A stretch of DNA of 64,000 nt from Chlamydiota bacterium (GTDB lineage: Bacteria; Auribacterota; JACPWU01): positions 20,621 to 84,620 of the forward strand of contig JACOUC010000034.1 in assembly GCA_016178055.1 (NCBI GenBank). The letters are read 5' to 3'. The position numbers were made by a program, and so were the translations under genes. Every line of letters starts with the position of its first letter. Positions within the stretch are counted from its first letter, which is position 1. The notes beneath the pieces were generated by a model that was not told the origin of the DNA, did no database searches, and saw only the letters and a list, made by a program, of their open reading frames with translations. Below, piece after piece: positions 9,019 to 18,214 of the stretch.

Positions 9019-10254
9019 CTACATATTTTCTACAATCGCCTGACCAAATTCAGAGCATTTGAGAAGCTTAGCCCCTTCCATCTGGCGTTCTAAATCGTAG
9101 GTAACCCGCTTTTGAAGAAAGGTCTTGCGAAGTCCTTTCACCACTAAATCAGCTGCCTCTTGCCATCCCAAATATTCCAACATCATAACCCCAGAAAGAA
9201 TCAAAGAGCTAGGATTAATCTTATCCTGGCCTGCGTATTTGGGAGCTGTACCATGAGTCGCCTCAAAAACAGCAACTTCTTCTCCAATATTGGCACCCGG
9301 TCCAAGGCCCAATCCACCCACTTGGGCCAATAAGGCATCGGACATATAATCTCCATTCAAATTCGGAAGAGCAAGTACACTATAGTCAGAAGGCCTCAAC
9401 AAAACCTGTTGAAACATCGCATCAGCAATCACATCATTGATTAAGATTTTATCCTTAGGTCTTTTACCGCCAAAATTTTTTTCAATATCCTCATAGGTTA
9501 CTAATTCTCCTGAAAATTCCTGCCGAGCCAATTCATAACCCCATTCTCGAAAGGCCCCTTCCGTAAACTTCATAATGTTGCCCTTATGAACCATCGTCAC
9601 CGAAGATTTGTGGTGACGAATCGCATATTGAACGGCCATGCGAATTAAACGCTTGGAGCCCATGACGCTCATGGGTTTAACGCCAATACCAGAATCAGGA
9701 CGAATTTTACAACCCATCTCTTCATTCAGAAAACGGATCACTCTCTCTACTTCTTTGGACCCTTGCTTCCATTCAATCCCGGCATAAACATCTTCCGTAT
9801 TTTCTCGAAAAATCACCATGTCAACGAGTTCAGGTCTTTTAATCGGGGAAGGGACCCCTTCAAAATATCGAACGGGCCTCACACACGCAAAAAGATCTAA
9901 TTCTTGACGAAGCGTAACATTCAGACTACGAATTCCCCCTCCGACCGGAGTTGAAAGAGGCCCTTTAATCCCTACCCGAAATTCGCGAAGCGTCTGAAGC
10001 GTTTCTTCAGGAAGCCAATGATTCATTTTGCTCTTTGCCTTTTCACCGGCAAAAACTTCTAACCATTGAATCTCCCTTTTCCCGTCATAGGCCTTCTTCA
10101 CGGCAGCATCCCACACAGGTTGAGTTGCAGCCCAAATATCGGGTCCAACGCCATCGCCCTCAATGTAAGGAATAATCGGCTTAACGGGTACTTTTAATTT
10201 TCCTCCCTCTTTCACAATGGGAGAACCTTTTTCTAACACGTCATTTCGCATCAT
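9019..10254 (-). CDS. icd: NADP-dependent isocitrate dehydrogenase
   Basis: [44 protein letters not shown] near-identical to Icd core; true start taken at MMRNDV (the 22-codon upstream extension in the ORF track is translation of repeat A3). Confidence 0.85.
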   Translation of the reverse strand: MMRNDVLEKGSPIVKEGGKLKVPVKPIIPYIEGDGVGPDIWAATQPVWDAAVKKAYDGKREIQWLEVFAGEKAKSKMNHWLPEETLQTLREFRVGIKGPLSTPVGGGIRSLNVTLRQELDLFACVRPVRYFEGVPSPIKRPELVDMVIFRENTEDVYAGIEWKQGSKEVERVIRFLNEEMGCKIRPDSGIGVKPMSVMGSKRLIRMAVQYAIRHHKSSVTMVHKGNIMKFTEGAFREWGYELARQEFSGELVTYEDIEKNFGGKRPKDKILINDVIADAMFQQVLLRPSDYSVLALPNLNGDYMSDALLAQVGGLGLGPGANIGEEVAVFEATHGTAPKYAGQDKINPSSLILSGVMMLEYLGWQEAADLVVKGLRKTFLQKRVTYDLERQMEGAKLLKCSEFGQAIVENM

Positions 10255-10269
10255 CGAAACCCTCCGCCA

Positions 10270-10402
10270 AAAAATCCAAAATTCGAAAATCAAAATGCAA
10301 AATGACAAATCAAAATCCAAAAATTTCTAGTGCTATTGCAAAGGTAAAATTTTAAATTTTACAATGTCATTTTAGTTTTTGATTTTTGCATTTTGGATTT
10401 AA
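10270..10402. repeat. Family A palindromic element (copy A3) filling the entire icd/aminotransferase intergenic gap
   Basis: aaatccaaaattcgaaaatcaaaatgcaaaatgacaaatcaaaatccaaaaat .. acaatgtcattttagtttttgatttttgcattttggattt. Confidence 0.8.
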
Positions 10403-11580
10403 AAAAATTTCCTAAAGAAACTTTCAATCCTGTCCACACCCTTTTTAATATTTTCCATCGAAGTCGCATAGGAAAGACGGATATAATCATCCGCCCCAAA
10501 AGGTGCTCCTGGAACAACCGCCACATGGGCTTCTTCGAGCAAACGCTGAGAAAGTTTCGCTGAACCAATCCCATAGCGAGCCACATTCGGAAAAACATAA
10601 AACGCACCTTCAGGCTTTCGAACATGTACTTTGGGTATTTGGTTCAGCCGATCCACAATAGTGTCTCTTCTTTCTTGGAAGGCCTTAGCCATTTTCTTCA
10701 CACATTCATCCGTCCCTTTTAAAGCAGCAACCGCCGCCTTCTGAGAAATGGACGTTGGATTGGATGTGCTATGACTCTGCAAACGATTCATCGCACTTAC
10801 AATTTGACTGGGCCCGGCCAAATAACCGATACGCCAACCGGTCATGGAATAGGATTTTGAAACCCCATTCACCACCAAGGTTTGGTCCTTATTAAAATTA
10901 GCCAAACTCGTATGCTTCATTTCATCGTAAAGCAGCTCTGAATAAATTTCATCGGAAATAACATAAACTCCACCTGAAAATACAATCTTCGCAATCTCCT
11001 TTAATTCATCCTGGGTATAGGCAGATCCGGTTGGATTAGATGGGCTGTTCATGATAATGACTTTTGTCTTCCGACTCACAACCTTTTTAAGATTAACTGG
11101 ATTAATCTTAAAACCCTCTTCCTCCCGAGTTCTTAAAAAAACGGGCGTCGCATTGGCCAACCGTACCAGTTCAGGATAGGTCACCCAATAGGGAACAGGA
11201 ATAATCACCTCATCATCCTTATCGCACAAAGACAAAATCGCATTAAATAAGGAATGTTTCGCCCCGCAAGAAACAATAACGTTTTCGGGAGCATAGTCTA
11301 AATTCTGATCTTTCTTAAATTTTTCGCAAATGGCCTTCTTAAGCTCGAGCGTTCCCCCTGAAGGCGTATATTTTGTAAAACCTTCATCAATGGCCTTCTT
11401 CGCAAACTCCTTAATATGATCAGGAGTATCAAAATCCGGCTCTCCAGCCGCAAAACTCACCACATCCACACCTTGAGCTTTTAATTCCCCTGACCGAGCA
11501 TTGATCGCCAAAGTTTCAGACTCACTGATCGCCATCACGCGTTTAGCCAAAACGGTATGTGTTTTAAGAAGGGTATTCAT
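10399..11580 (-). CDS. pyridoxal-phosphate-dependent aminotransferase (aspartate/aromatic aminotransferase class I)
   Basis: 393 aa; SFAAGEPDFDTP..YTPSGG, NSPSNPTG, SKSYSMTGWRIGY (PLP lysine region). Confidence 0.8.
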   Translation of the reverse strand: MNTLLKTHTVLAKRVMAISESETLAINARSGELKAQGVDVVSFAAGEPDFDTPDHIKEFAKKAIDEGFTKYTPSGGTLELKKAICEKFKKDQNLDYAPENVIVSCGAKHSLFNAILSLCDKDDEVIIPVPYWVTYPELVRLANATPVFLRTREEEGFKINPVNLKKVVSRKTKVIIMNSPSNPTGSAYTQDELKEIAKIVFSGGVYVISDEIYSELLYDEMKHTSLANFNKDQTLVVNGVSKSYSMTGWRIGYLAGPSQIVSAMNRLQSHSTSNPTSISQKAAVAALKGTDECVKKMAKAFQERRDTIVDRLNQIPKVHVRKPEGAFYVFPNVARYGIGSAKLSQRLLEEAHVAVVPGAPFGADDYIRLSYATSMENIKKGVDRIESFFRKFF

Positions 11581-12803
11581 GACCTTACTCCCTCTAACAT
11601 TTTTCCACCTAGAAAACGCTCGACCATCGGTCGAATATCGTTTTCCGCAATTTTCACAATTTTAATCTCACGCTCAGCATTTTCGACCGAATCAGAGGCA
11701 TGGGCTGCATTCACCAAAATATTCTGTCCAAATTCTCTGCGAACCGTCGCAGGTGCAGCCTTATTCGGATCGGTTAATCCTAAAACCCCCCTGATCTTTT
11801 GAACAGCATCTTTTCCTTGATAGACCAAAGCCAAACATTTTTGTAAACCCGGTTCTTTTGTCTTTTCAGAATCCGTTATTTCTGATGGATCGGAACCCGT
11901 CATAAATTTCACAATTTTATCGAATTCATGAGAACCATGAAGCGGAGCAAGCTGGTTCGTCAAATGTTCCAAAATTTCATTTGGAATTTTAAAATCAAAT
12001 TTCTCTTGAAGCCCTGCTTGAACACGTTCTGCCACGCCCCCTTTTAATTTCTCTTGAAGAATCTTTTTAACCGGCCCATAAAATTCCATGGCTTGAGCCA
12101 CACTCATTTGAATGAGACGGGCCGAAATAATATAAAGTCCCGTCTTGGAGAACATATCAATAATATTGCCGACACGACTGGTCGGCCTTTGAAAATTTTC
12201 AGGCTTAATCAAAACCAACACCTTTTCCGGTTTCGTCCCCTTAGGATATTGGATGACATCCTCTAAAAGGCCCCCATCGGTATCAGAATATTTTGCCCAA
12301 AGCGAAAGTTGTTCGCTCGCCCCTTTTGGGTTCGGAATCACGAGAACGGCCGGTTCAAAATAACGAACCTTTCCCTCCTGATCGATCAAACAATCTCCAT
12401 AGGTATCTCGAATCGTCTCTCCACTGATCGAAAGAGAAGTAATATGCCCCACCACTTCATCGCGAATCTTTTGAACCGCATTCTCTCCGTAAAAAAGAAG
12501 CATAATCACCCTGCGCCGTTGACCCGTCTCGGGATCTGGAGAAAAATTATCAAGCACATATTGAGAAATCAAATCCCGAAGAACTTCCTTATGACGACCT
12601 ACCCGAATATCCACTTCATCCTGAACATCTTGATTTCGAAGAAGCGCTGCATATTCTTCAACCAATTTCTGACTGGGTGCAAACATCCGTACCGCCACCA
12701 ATTCCTGTTCTGCCCGAGCTAAAAGACGGGCAACGATCCCACCCGTACGAGATTTCAAAATGGTATACGGGGTCACCAAAACATATGCTAATTCTTTTGC
12801 CAT
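11577..12803 (-). CDS. tandem nucleoside-diphosphate-kinase-like domain protein (N-terminal degenerate NDK-like domain; C-terminal NDK domain with catalytic His, NAAHASDSVENAEREI)
   Basis: 408 aa; two segments with NDK fold signatures (LVTPYTILKSRTGGIVARLL.. and VLVLIKPENFQRPTSRVGNIIDMF..); only second retains N-x2-H-[GA]-SD. Confidence 0.5.
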   Translation of the reverse strand: MAKELAYVLVTPYTILKSRTGGIVARLLARAEQELVAVRMFAPSQKLVEEYAALLRNQDVQDEVDIRVGRHKEVLRDLISQYVLDNFSPDPETGQRRRVIMLLFYGENAVQKIRDEVVGHITSLSISGETIRDTYGDCLIDQEGKVRYFEPAVLVIPNPKGASEQLSLWAKYSDTDGGLLEDVIQYPKGTKPEKVLVLIKPENFQRPTSRVGNIIDMFSKTGLYIISARLIQMSVAQAMEFYGPVKKILQEKLKGGVAERVQAGLQEKFDFKIPNEILEHLTNQLAPLHGSHEFDKIVKFMTGSDPSEITDSEKTKEPGLQKCLALVYQGKDAVQKIRGVLGLTDPNKAAPATVRREFGQNILVNAAHASDSVENAEREIKIVKIAENDIRPMVERFLGGKMLEGVRS

Positions 12804-12852
12804 GAGAATAAAACTCCTTCTTAAATGGAATTGTGGAGGATTATATCAGTAA

Positions 12853-12880
12853 TGAAAATCAAAAATCAAATATCAAAAAT
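12853..12880. repeat. Family A half element (left arm only)
   Basis: aaaatcaaaaatcaaatatcaaaaatcaaaat without inverted partner. Confidence 0.5.
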
Positions 12881-13039
12881 CAAAATTGTGGAGTTTAATG
12901 AGATAGGACAAAAACTGAACAGACAAGCCTAAGGAAAAGGAGCGTACAGCCGCCAACAAAAAAGATGTGTTAATAAAACCTTACCAGCGGTTTAGTGCTG
13001 ACCGCTGTACGCATTGATTGAATGTCTTCGTTTTACCTT

Positions 13040-13183
13040 TTACTTCTTCCCAAGAATCTTAAACATCCCTGTATTACACGTTGGGCATTTTCCCTGCATC
13101 GCCCTTCGACCGTTTTTCATTTCTACTTCTTTTGCTGATACCATTTCTTTTTTTGCCTTACACTTCACACAATAGCCTTCCAT
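13040..13183 (-). CDS. small zinc-ribbon protein, DUF5679-like (47 aa), absent from supplied ORF track
   Basis: Own translation of minus strand: MEGYCVKCKAKKEMVSAKEVEMKNGRRAMQGKCPTCNTGMFKILGKK; CxxC..CxxC pattern with KNGR core typical of DUF5679. Confidence 0.5.
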   Translation of the reverse strand: MEGYCVKCKAKKEMVSAKEVEMKNGRRAMQGKCPTCNTGMFKILGKK

Positions 13184-13398
13184 GCGAACCCTCCCTTTTA
13201 ATGGTCTTCCCCTACATTTATTAAAATCCCTCTTCCTAAACTCGATCTTCTTTTTCTCAATGCTAGCTCTTTCTTCCCAATCTTGTCAAATAATAAAGCC
13301 GAGCAAAAAATAAGTTGATCTATATATCCTGATTATCTAGATTATCCGTATAGATACTCCCGATTATCCATAAACGGATTTCACAAGAATTCTTCACA

Positions 13399-14484
13399 TT
13401 AATTCCCAAATGAGATTCCGAGAGATCGACCCACCTTAATAAGGGGATGATCCAGTGGGACTTTTTTCAAATCTCCAATCGCTTGTTCGATGGGAATAGA
13501 CTCAATTTCATTTCCCTGAAGAGCAACCATTTTTCCAAAATCCCCCTTCACAATTAATTGGAGTGCCTCGTAGCCAAATCGGGTTGCCAAGATTCGGTCA
13601 AAGGCGGTTGGGGATCCCCCCCTTTGCAAATGGCCCAAAACTGTAAAACGAGATTCAAATCCTGTTTTCTTTTCTATTTTCTCTGAAAGAAGAGCTGAAA
13701 TCCCTCCCAGACGAATAGGATCAGGACTTCCCTTCACTTTCTGCTTAACAATCTGATGACCCCGAAAGGGATAAGCCCCTTCGGCAACGACCACGATGCT
13801 AAAATTTTTGCCCATTTTATGCCGCTCCTTGATCTTGCTAAAAACTTTTTTAAAATCAAATGGAATTTCAGGAATCAAAATAATATCCCCTCCTCCCGCC
13901 ATCCCTCCATAAAGAGCAATCCAACCCGCATAACGACCCATTACTTCTACAATCATCACGCGATGATGACTTTCTGCTGTGGTATGGATTCGATCCATCG
14001 CTTCTGTGACAATCGCTACAGCAGAATCAAAACCAAAAGTAAAATCCGTTCCCTTCAAATCATTGTCAATGGTTTTAGGAACGCCCACCATGTTAAAACC
14101 CATTTTCATGAGATGGGATGCAATACTTAAAGTTCCATCCCCTCCAATAGCGATGATGGCCTCCAATCCCAATTTTCTGTAATGACGGAGGGCTTGATTG
14201 GAAAGATCGCGATAAGTCAATTTCTGTTTTTTGAGAATAGGATATTTAAACGGGTTGGCTCGATTGGAAGTTCCAAGAATGGTCCCTCCTAGAGTCAAAA
14301 TTCCAGAAACATCCCAGCTTGAAAGAGGACGAAACCGATTTTCAACGAGGCCTGCATAGCCATCTTCAAAGCCATAGACCTCCATTCCAAAATCCTGAAT
14401 GGCGGTCTTTGTGATCACTCGAAGAACGGCATTCAAGCCAGGACAATCGCCTCCTCCTGTTAAAACACCGATTCTTTTTTTCAA
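13399..14484 (-). CDS. pfk: 6-phosphofructokinase
   Basis: 361 aa; GVLTGGGDCPGLNAV, IGGDGTLSIA, MGRYAGWIA motifs. Confidence 0.85.
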   Translation of the reverse strand: MKKRIGVLTGGGDCPGLNAVLRVITKTAIQDFGMEVYGFEDGYAGLVENRFRPLSSWDVSGILTLGGTILGTSNRANPFKYPILKKQKLTYRDLSNQALRHYRKLGLEAIIAIGGDGTLSIASHLMKMGFNMVGVPKTIDNDLKGTDFTFGFDSAVAIVTEAMDRIHTTAESHHRVMIVEVMGRYAGWIALYGGMAGGGDIILIPEIPFDFKKVFSKIKERHKMGKNFSIVVVAEGAYPFRGHQIVKQKVKGSPDPIRLGGISALLSEKIEKKTGFESRFTVLGHLQRGGSPTAFDRILATRFGYEALQLIVKGDFGKMVALQGNEIESIPIEQAIGDLKKVPLDHPLIKVGRSLGISFGN

Positions 14485-14514
14485 TAAAAGTTTCCCTTAA
14501 CTGTAAAAAAGGGT

Positions 14515-14925
14515 CAGTTGAGTCTGGTTCAACTGCCGACTGTCGACCGTTGACTGTAGACCCATTTTCATCCCTTCTTCTTATAGAATCCTCCCTTACC
14601 TCCCTCTTTCTTGTCGCCCATCCGCTTCTTTTCTCTCATAGACTTGAGCTTGTGCTCTCGAATCTTTTCTCGTAATTCCTCTTCTTCAAGATCTTCATCC
14701 CAAAGATCGTCGTCCATTTCAAAAAAACTCTTGGGCTCATCCTCTTCTTTACCCTTTCCTTCCCCTTCGGGTTCGACCCTTTCCTTTTCTACCAATTCCA
14801 ATGCTCCCTCCTTTCTTCGTTCTTAAGTTTAATGATGAAGATCAGTCCACAGTCTACGGTCTACAGTCCATAGAAAAAAATGTTTCCTTTAAAACTGTCG
14901 ACCGTTGACCGTCGACTGTGGACCT
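14515..14925. repeat. Family D inverted repeats (CTGTCGACCGTTGACTGTAGACC words) bracketing a small acidic ORF; cassette-like
   Basis: 14536-14558 ctgtcgaccgttgactgtagacc; 14852-14882 inverse copy cagtccacagtctacggtctacagtccatag; 14893-14922 direct copy ctgtcgaccgttgaccgtcgactgtggacc; related word at 52551-52585. Confidence 0.5.
14568..14801 (-). CDS. hypothetical small highly charged (Glu/Lys-rich) protein
   Basis: 77 aa ORF, low complexity, flanked by Family D inverted repeats; coding status uncertain. Confidence 0.25.
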   Translation of the reverse strand: MELVEKERVEPEGEGKGKEEDEPKSFFEMDDDLWDEDLEEEELREKIREHKLKSMREKKRMGDKKEGGKGGFYKKKG

Positions 14926-14941
14926 TAGACTATTTTCATAC

Positions 14942-16180
14942 TTACACTGCTTTCGCTTCCCTTTTTTTATGTTCCAAATGAAATTTTTTCATCAAATTTT
15001 TAAATCCGGAATCATCTCTTAAAGGGTCTAAGAAAGAATCCCTGGCCATTAATTCAACATTTCGAAAACCTCTCTCGAAGGCCTTACCAAACCAGCTAAG
15101 GGCCTGGTCCCTTTCCTTTTTCATTGAATAGACACAACCCATCATATAGTAAATGTATGAAAATTCAGGGTGATGATCAAGCGCCTCCTCAAGCTGGTGT
15201 AGGGCCTCGTCATATTTTCCAAGAATACAATAAGCCTCGCCCAAACCAATCTGGGCCTCCATGTAATTGGGTTTCACCGCCAAAGCCTTTTGATATTCCT
15301 CAGCAGCTTTTTCATGCTCTCCCAAATTACTATAGCAATGTCCCAAAGCCTTATGCGCCTCGGGTAGACTCGGATCCATCTCCAACGCCTTTTTTATTTG
15401 TGTGGAGGCCTGGTCCAGCCAAAATCGATCTCGAGGTTCGACCCTATGATAATGATTTGCATAGGCATCTCCTAACCCTGCATAAGCGATCGCAAAATTA
15501 GGATCCAGTTCAATCGCCTTCTGAAACATTTCAATGGCCATCCAATTTCCCTCAACGGTCATTTGAAGATGATAAAATTTTCCCCTAAGATACACTTCAT
15601 AAGCCTCGGTCGAGACCGTGGGCCTCTGAGTCAAGGTCTCTTTCGCCGACTGATTCAAATTCAAATGAGCCGCTTGAGCGATTTTTGTGGCTAATTCATT
15701 CTGAAGCCCAAAAATGTCCTCCACGGCAATTTTTCTCTCGTAGCGCTCCGCCCAAATATGAAGACCGGTGGCCACATCAATCAACTGAGCCGTCACCAAA
15801 AGAGTCTCACCCACTTTGCGAACACTCCCCTCCATCACGGCATCAACATTCAAAGCCTTCCCAACCTCTTTAATCGTAATGGGTCGCCCCTTAAAACGCT
15901 GAACATCGGTAGCCGACATCACATTTAAACCATCGATTTTAGCTAATCGGGTAATAATGTCTTCAGTCAAACCATCGCTTAAATATTCATCATCCGGACT
16001 TCCACTCATATTATTAAAGAAAAGAACAGCAATGCGGTTCTTTTGCGGTTGTCCAAAATCGAAGGTAACACGAATAGGTTCTTCTTCACGATGACGTGTT
16101 TTGATCCAAAAATAGGAAAGCGTTAAAAGGATTAATCCGACGAGAACGGATACAATAAAACGAACCGTTTTTATTTTCAC
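14942..16180 (-). CDS. TPR-repeat membrane-anchored protein with TolB-N-like periplasmic domain
   Basis: 412 aa; N-terminal TM, then AVLFFNNMSGSPDDEYLSDGLTEDIITRL..LIDVATGLHIWAERYE domain, then multiple TPR repeats. Confidence 0.65.
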   Translation of the reverse strand: MKIKTVRFIVSVLVGLILLTLSYFWIKTRHREEEPIRVTFDFGQPQKNRIAVLFFNNMSGSPDDEYLSDGLTEDIITRLAKIDGLNVMSATDVQRFKGRPITIKEVGKALNVDAVMEGSVRKVGETLLVTAQLIDVATGLHIWAERYERKIAVEDIFGLQNELATKIAQAAHLNLNQSAKETLTQRPTVSTEAYEVYLRGKFYHLQMTVEGNWMAIEMFQKAIELDPNFAIAYAGLGDAYANHYHRVEPRDRFWLDQASTQIKKALEMDPSLPEAHKALGHCYSNLGEHEKAAEEYQKALAVKPNYMEAQIGLGEAYCILGKYDEALHQLEEALDHHPEFSYIYYMMGCVYSMKKERDQALSWFGKAFERGFRNVELMARDSFLDPLRDDSGFKNLMKKFHLEHKKREAKAV

Positions 16181-16291
16181 AAGAAGGAGATTTCACCTAA
16201 ATCATGATCTAAAAGAGACCCGAATTATTAAAATAAGCGTTTGCTGAATCTTCCTCATTCATTAAAACACAAAAATGATACACAATTCAAT

Positions 16292-16609
16292 TCAATAAGC
16301 GTAGGGATTCTCATAGGGATTTCTTGCCCCTGAAGTCGATCTTCGAGCAACCAGGGGCGAACCGTCAAGAGGACACTGGCCAGGACGGTCAGAAATATAA
16401 TCGCCGTTAGGACACGAATAATAGACTTCTGAAGAATATCCACGATAGGAATCTCCTCCTTCTCGGCTTGCAAAACCTCCTTGGTAAGAATGATTTCCTC
16501 GATAGCGATTTTCAGAATAATACCCATAATCGCGGTCTGCGAAGGCCTTCATCGAAAGAAGAGAAAAAAGAACCACACCCGAGATCAACGTATATTTTTT
16601 TAATATCAT
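16292..16609 (-). CDS. hypothetical small secreted Tyr/Gly/Arg-rich protein, weak heavy-metal-binding-domain-like C-terminus
   Basis: Signal peptide MILKKYTLISGVVLFSLLSMKAFA; YYSCPNGDYISDRPGQCPLDGSPLV loosely resembles YxCPMHP..PGxCPxCGMxL HMBD pattern. Confidence 0.3.
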   Translation of the reverse strand: MILKKYTLISGVVLFSLLSMKAFADRDYGYYSENRYRGNHSYQGGFASREGGDSYRGYSSEVYYSCPNGDYISDRPGQCPLDGSPLVARRSTSGARNPYENPYAY

Positions 16610-16880
16610 ATTACACCTCAACCTCGGTATTAAATTAGCAAGGACTATACCATATTGCAAATTAAAACAACAATATGTCATATTATACTTATAATAAATG
16701 AGTTAGAATAAATCTTTCTCAATTAAATTACTCACGTTAAATTTAGCAACTCATCGTTCTGTTCTATATTAACGGAATATTGCTCTAAATTGAATGATAA
16801 AATTTGAACCTTATCTTACGCCGTATTTTAAGCTCAAAATTAAAAATGAAAGAGTGTAACATTGAGATGAAGAGGTCATT

Positions 16881-17930
16881 ATGGCAGAAACTCTTGAAAA
16901 AACACTTTCAAAATACACCATCGAAGGAGAGCTTTATAGCCTCCTCCCCGATGGAAAAATTCAATGTTATGCCTGTGGTCATTTATGCAAAATCGCCCCC
17001 GACCATCGAGGGGTGTGTCTCGTCCGATCCAATCGAGATGGAAAACTTTATGTCCCTTTTGGCTACGTGGGAGCCCTTCAGCATGATCCCATCGAGAAAA
17101 AACCTTTCTTTCACGCCCTTCCAGGCTCGTCTGCCTTAAGCTTTGGAATGCTGGGATGTGATTTTCACTGTTCGTATTGTCAAAATTGGTTCACCTCTCA
17201 GGCCTTAAGAGACCCTCAAGCAGAATCCTCACCTCATCCCATCAGTCCCCAAGAACTGGTCCGTCTGACACAAAAATATCAAGCCCCTGTCATTGCCAGC
17301 ACTTACAATGAACCCTTGATTACCAGTGAATGGGCTGCCGCCATTTTCAAAGAAGCCAAACGAGCAGGCCTTAAAACAGCCTATATCTCAAATGGGAATG
17401 CGACAGAAAGGGTGCTTGATTATCTTCGTCCCTGGGTTGATCTTTATAAAGTGGATCTAAAAAGTTTTGACGAAAATCATTATCGCCAACTCGGAGGGCA
17501 GCTCCAAACAGTCCTTAAAACGATTTCTCTTCTGAAAGAAAAAGGATTTTGGGTAGAAGTTGTCACTCTGTGTATTCCTGGATTTAATGATTCCGATCAA
17601 GAGCTCAAAAAAATAGCCCAATTTCTTGTTTCTATTTCAAAAGAAATTCCCTGGCATGTCACCGCCTTTCATCAAGACTACAGAATGCAGGATCGAAACG
17701 GAACACCTGCCTCCACCCTTTTAAGGGCCGCCCACATTGGAAAAGAAGCCGGACTTGATTTTGTCTATGCTGGGAATCTTCCGGGTCAGGTTGGAGAATT
17801 TGAGAATACACATTGCCCTCATTGTCAGACAACGATTATTGAACGTTTGGGTTTTAATGTGATTAAAAATCGACTAGTCAATGGCCAATGCCCACAATGT
17901 CAAACTAAGATTCCAGGAGTGTGGGAGTAG
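16881..17930 (+). CDS. AmmeMemoRadiSam-system radical SAM enzyme (PFL-activating-enzyme-like)
   Basis: 349 aa; N-terminal CYACGHLCKIAPDHRGVCLVRSNRDGKLY signature, radical SAM cluster GCDFHCSYCQNW, C-terminal CPHC/CPQC. Confidence 0.8.
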   Translation: MAETLEKTLSKYTIEGELYSLLPDGKIQCYACGHLCKIAPDHRGVCLVRSNRDGKLYVPFGYVGALQHDPIEKKPFFHALPGSSALSFGMLGCDFHCSYCQNWFTSQALRDPQAESSPHPISPQELVRLTQKYQAPVIASTYNEPLITSEWAAAIFKEAKRAGLKTAYISNGNATERVLDYLRPWVDLYKVDLKSFDENHYRQLGGQLQTVLKTISLLKEKGFWVEVVTLCIPGFNDSDQELKKIAQFLVSISKEIPWHVTAFHQDYRMQDRNGTPASTLLRAAHIGKEAGLDFVYAGNLPGQVGEFENTHCPHCQTTIIERLGFNVIKNRLVNGQCPQCQTKIPGVWE

Positions 17931-17936
17931 GTCGTA

Positions 17937-18060
17937 ATATCAAAAATCAAAATGCAAATATCAAAATGACAAACTAAAATTTAAATAGTTAAAACCTAAG
18001 ACGTTGCAAAATTTTGGATTTCAATCTGTCATTTTGATTCTTGTCATCATGAACTTTCAG
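17937..18060. repeat. Family A palindromic element (copy A5)
   Basis: atcaaaaatcaaaatgcaaatatcaaaatgacaaactaaaatttaaat .. ttttggatttcaatctgtcattttgattcttgtca; additional arm-like fragment at 18128-18165. Confidence 0.75.
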
Positions 18061-18214
18061 TCCACCCAAGTGGATGAAAATTGAGTTCCTCCCCTTTGGG
18101 GTACAAAGGAGGGGAATAGCCAGTAACAACGTCTCATTTTCATGACTGATTTTTGATATTTGATTTAATTTCAGTCTCGCGACAAGGGTCAACTCGTTTA
18201 TGTTATGATAAACC

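Noticed and set aside
10255-10320. N-terminal extensions [17 protein letters not shown].. (icd) and MNFGSSFCILIFGFWIF.. (dgt, 30475-30537) in the ORF track
   Set aside because: They are translations of Family A repeat arms upstream of the real starts (MMRNDV.., MTRQEY..). The same peptide on unrelated proteins indicates an artefact.
12054-12722. 70-aa and 137-aa plus-strand ORFs
   Set aside because: Antisense to the NDK-like CDS; no motifs.
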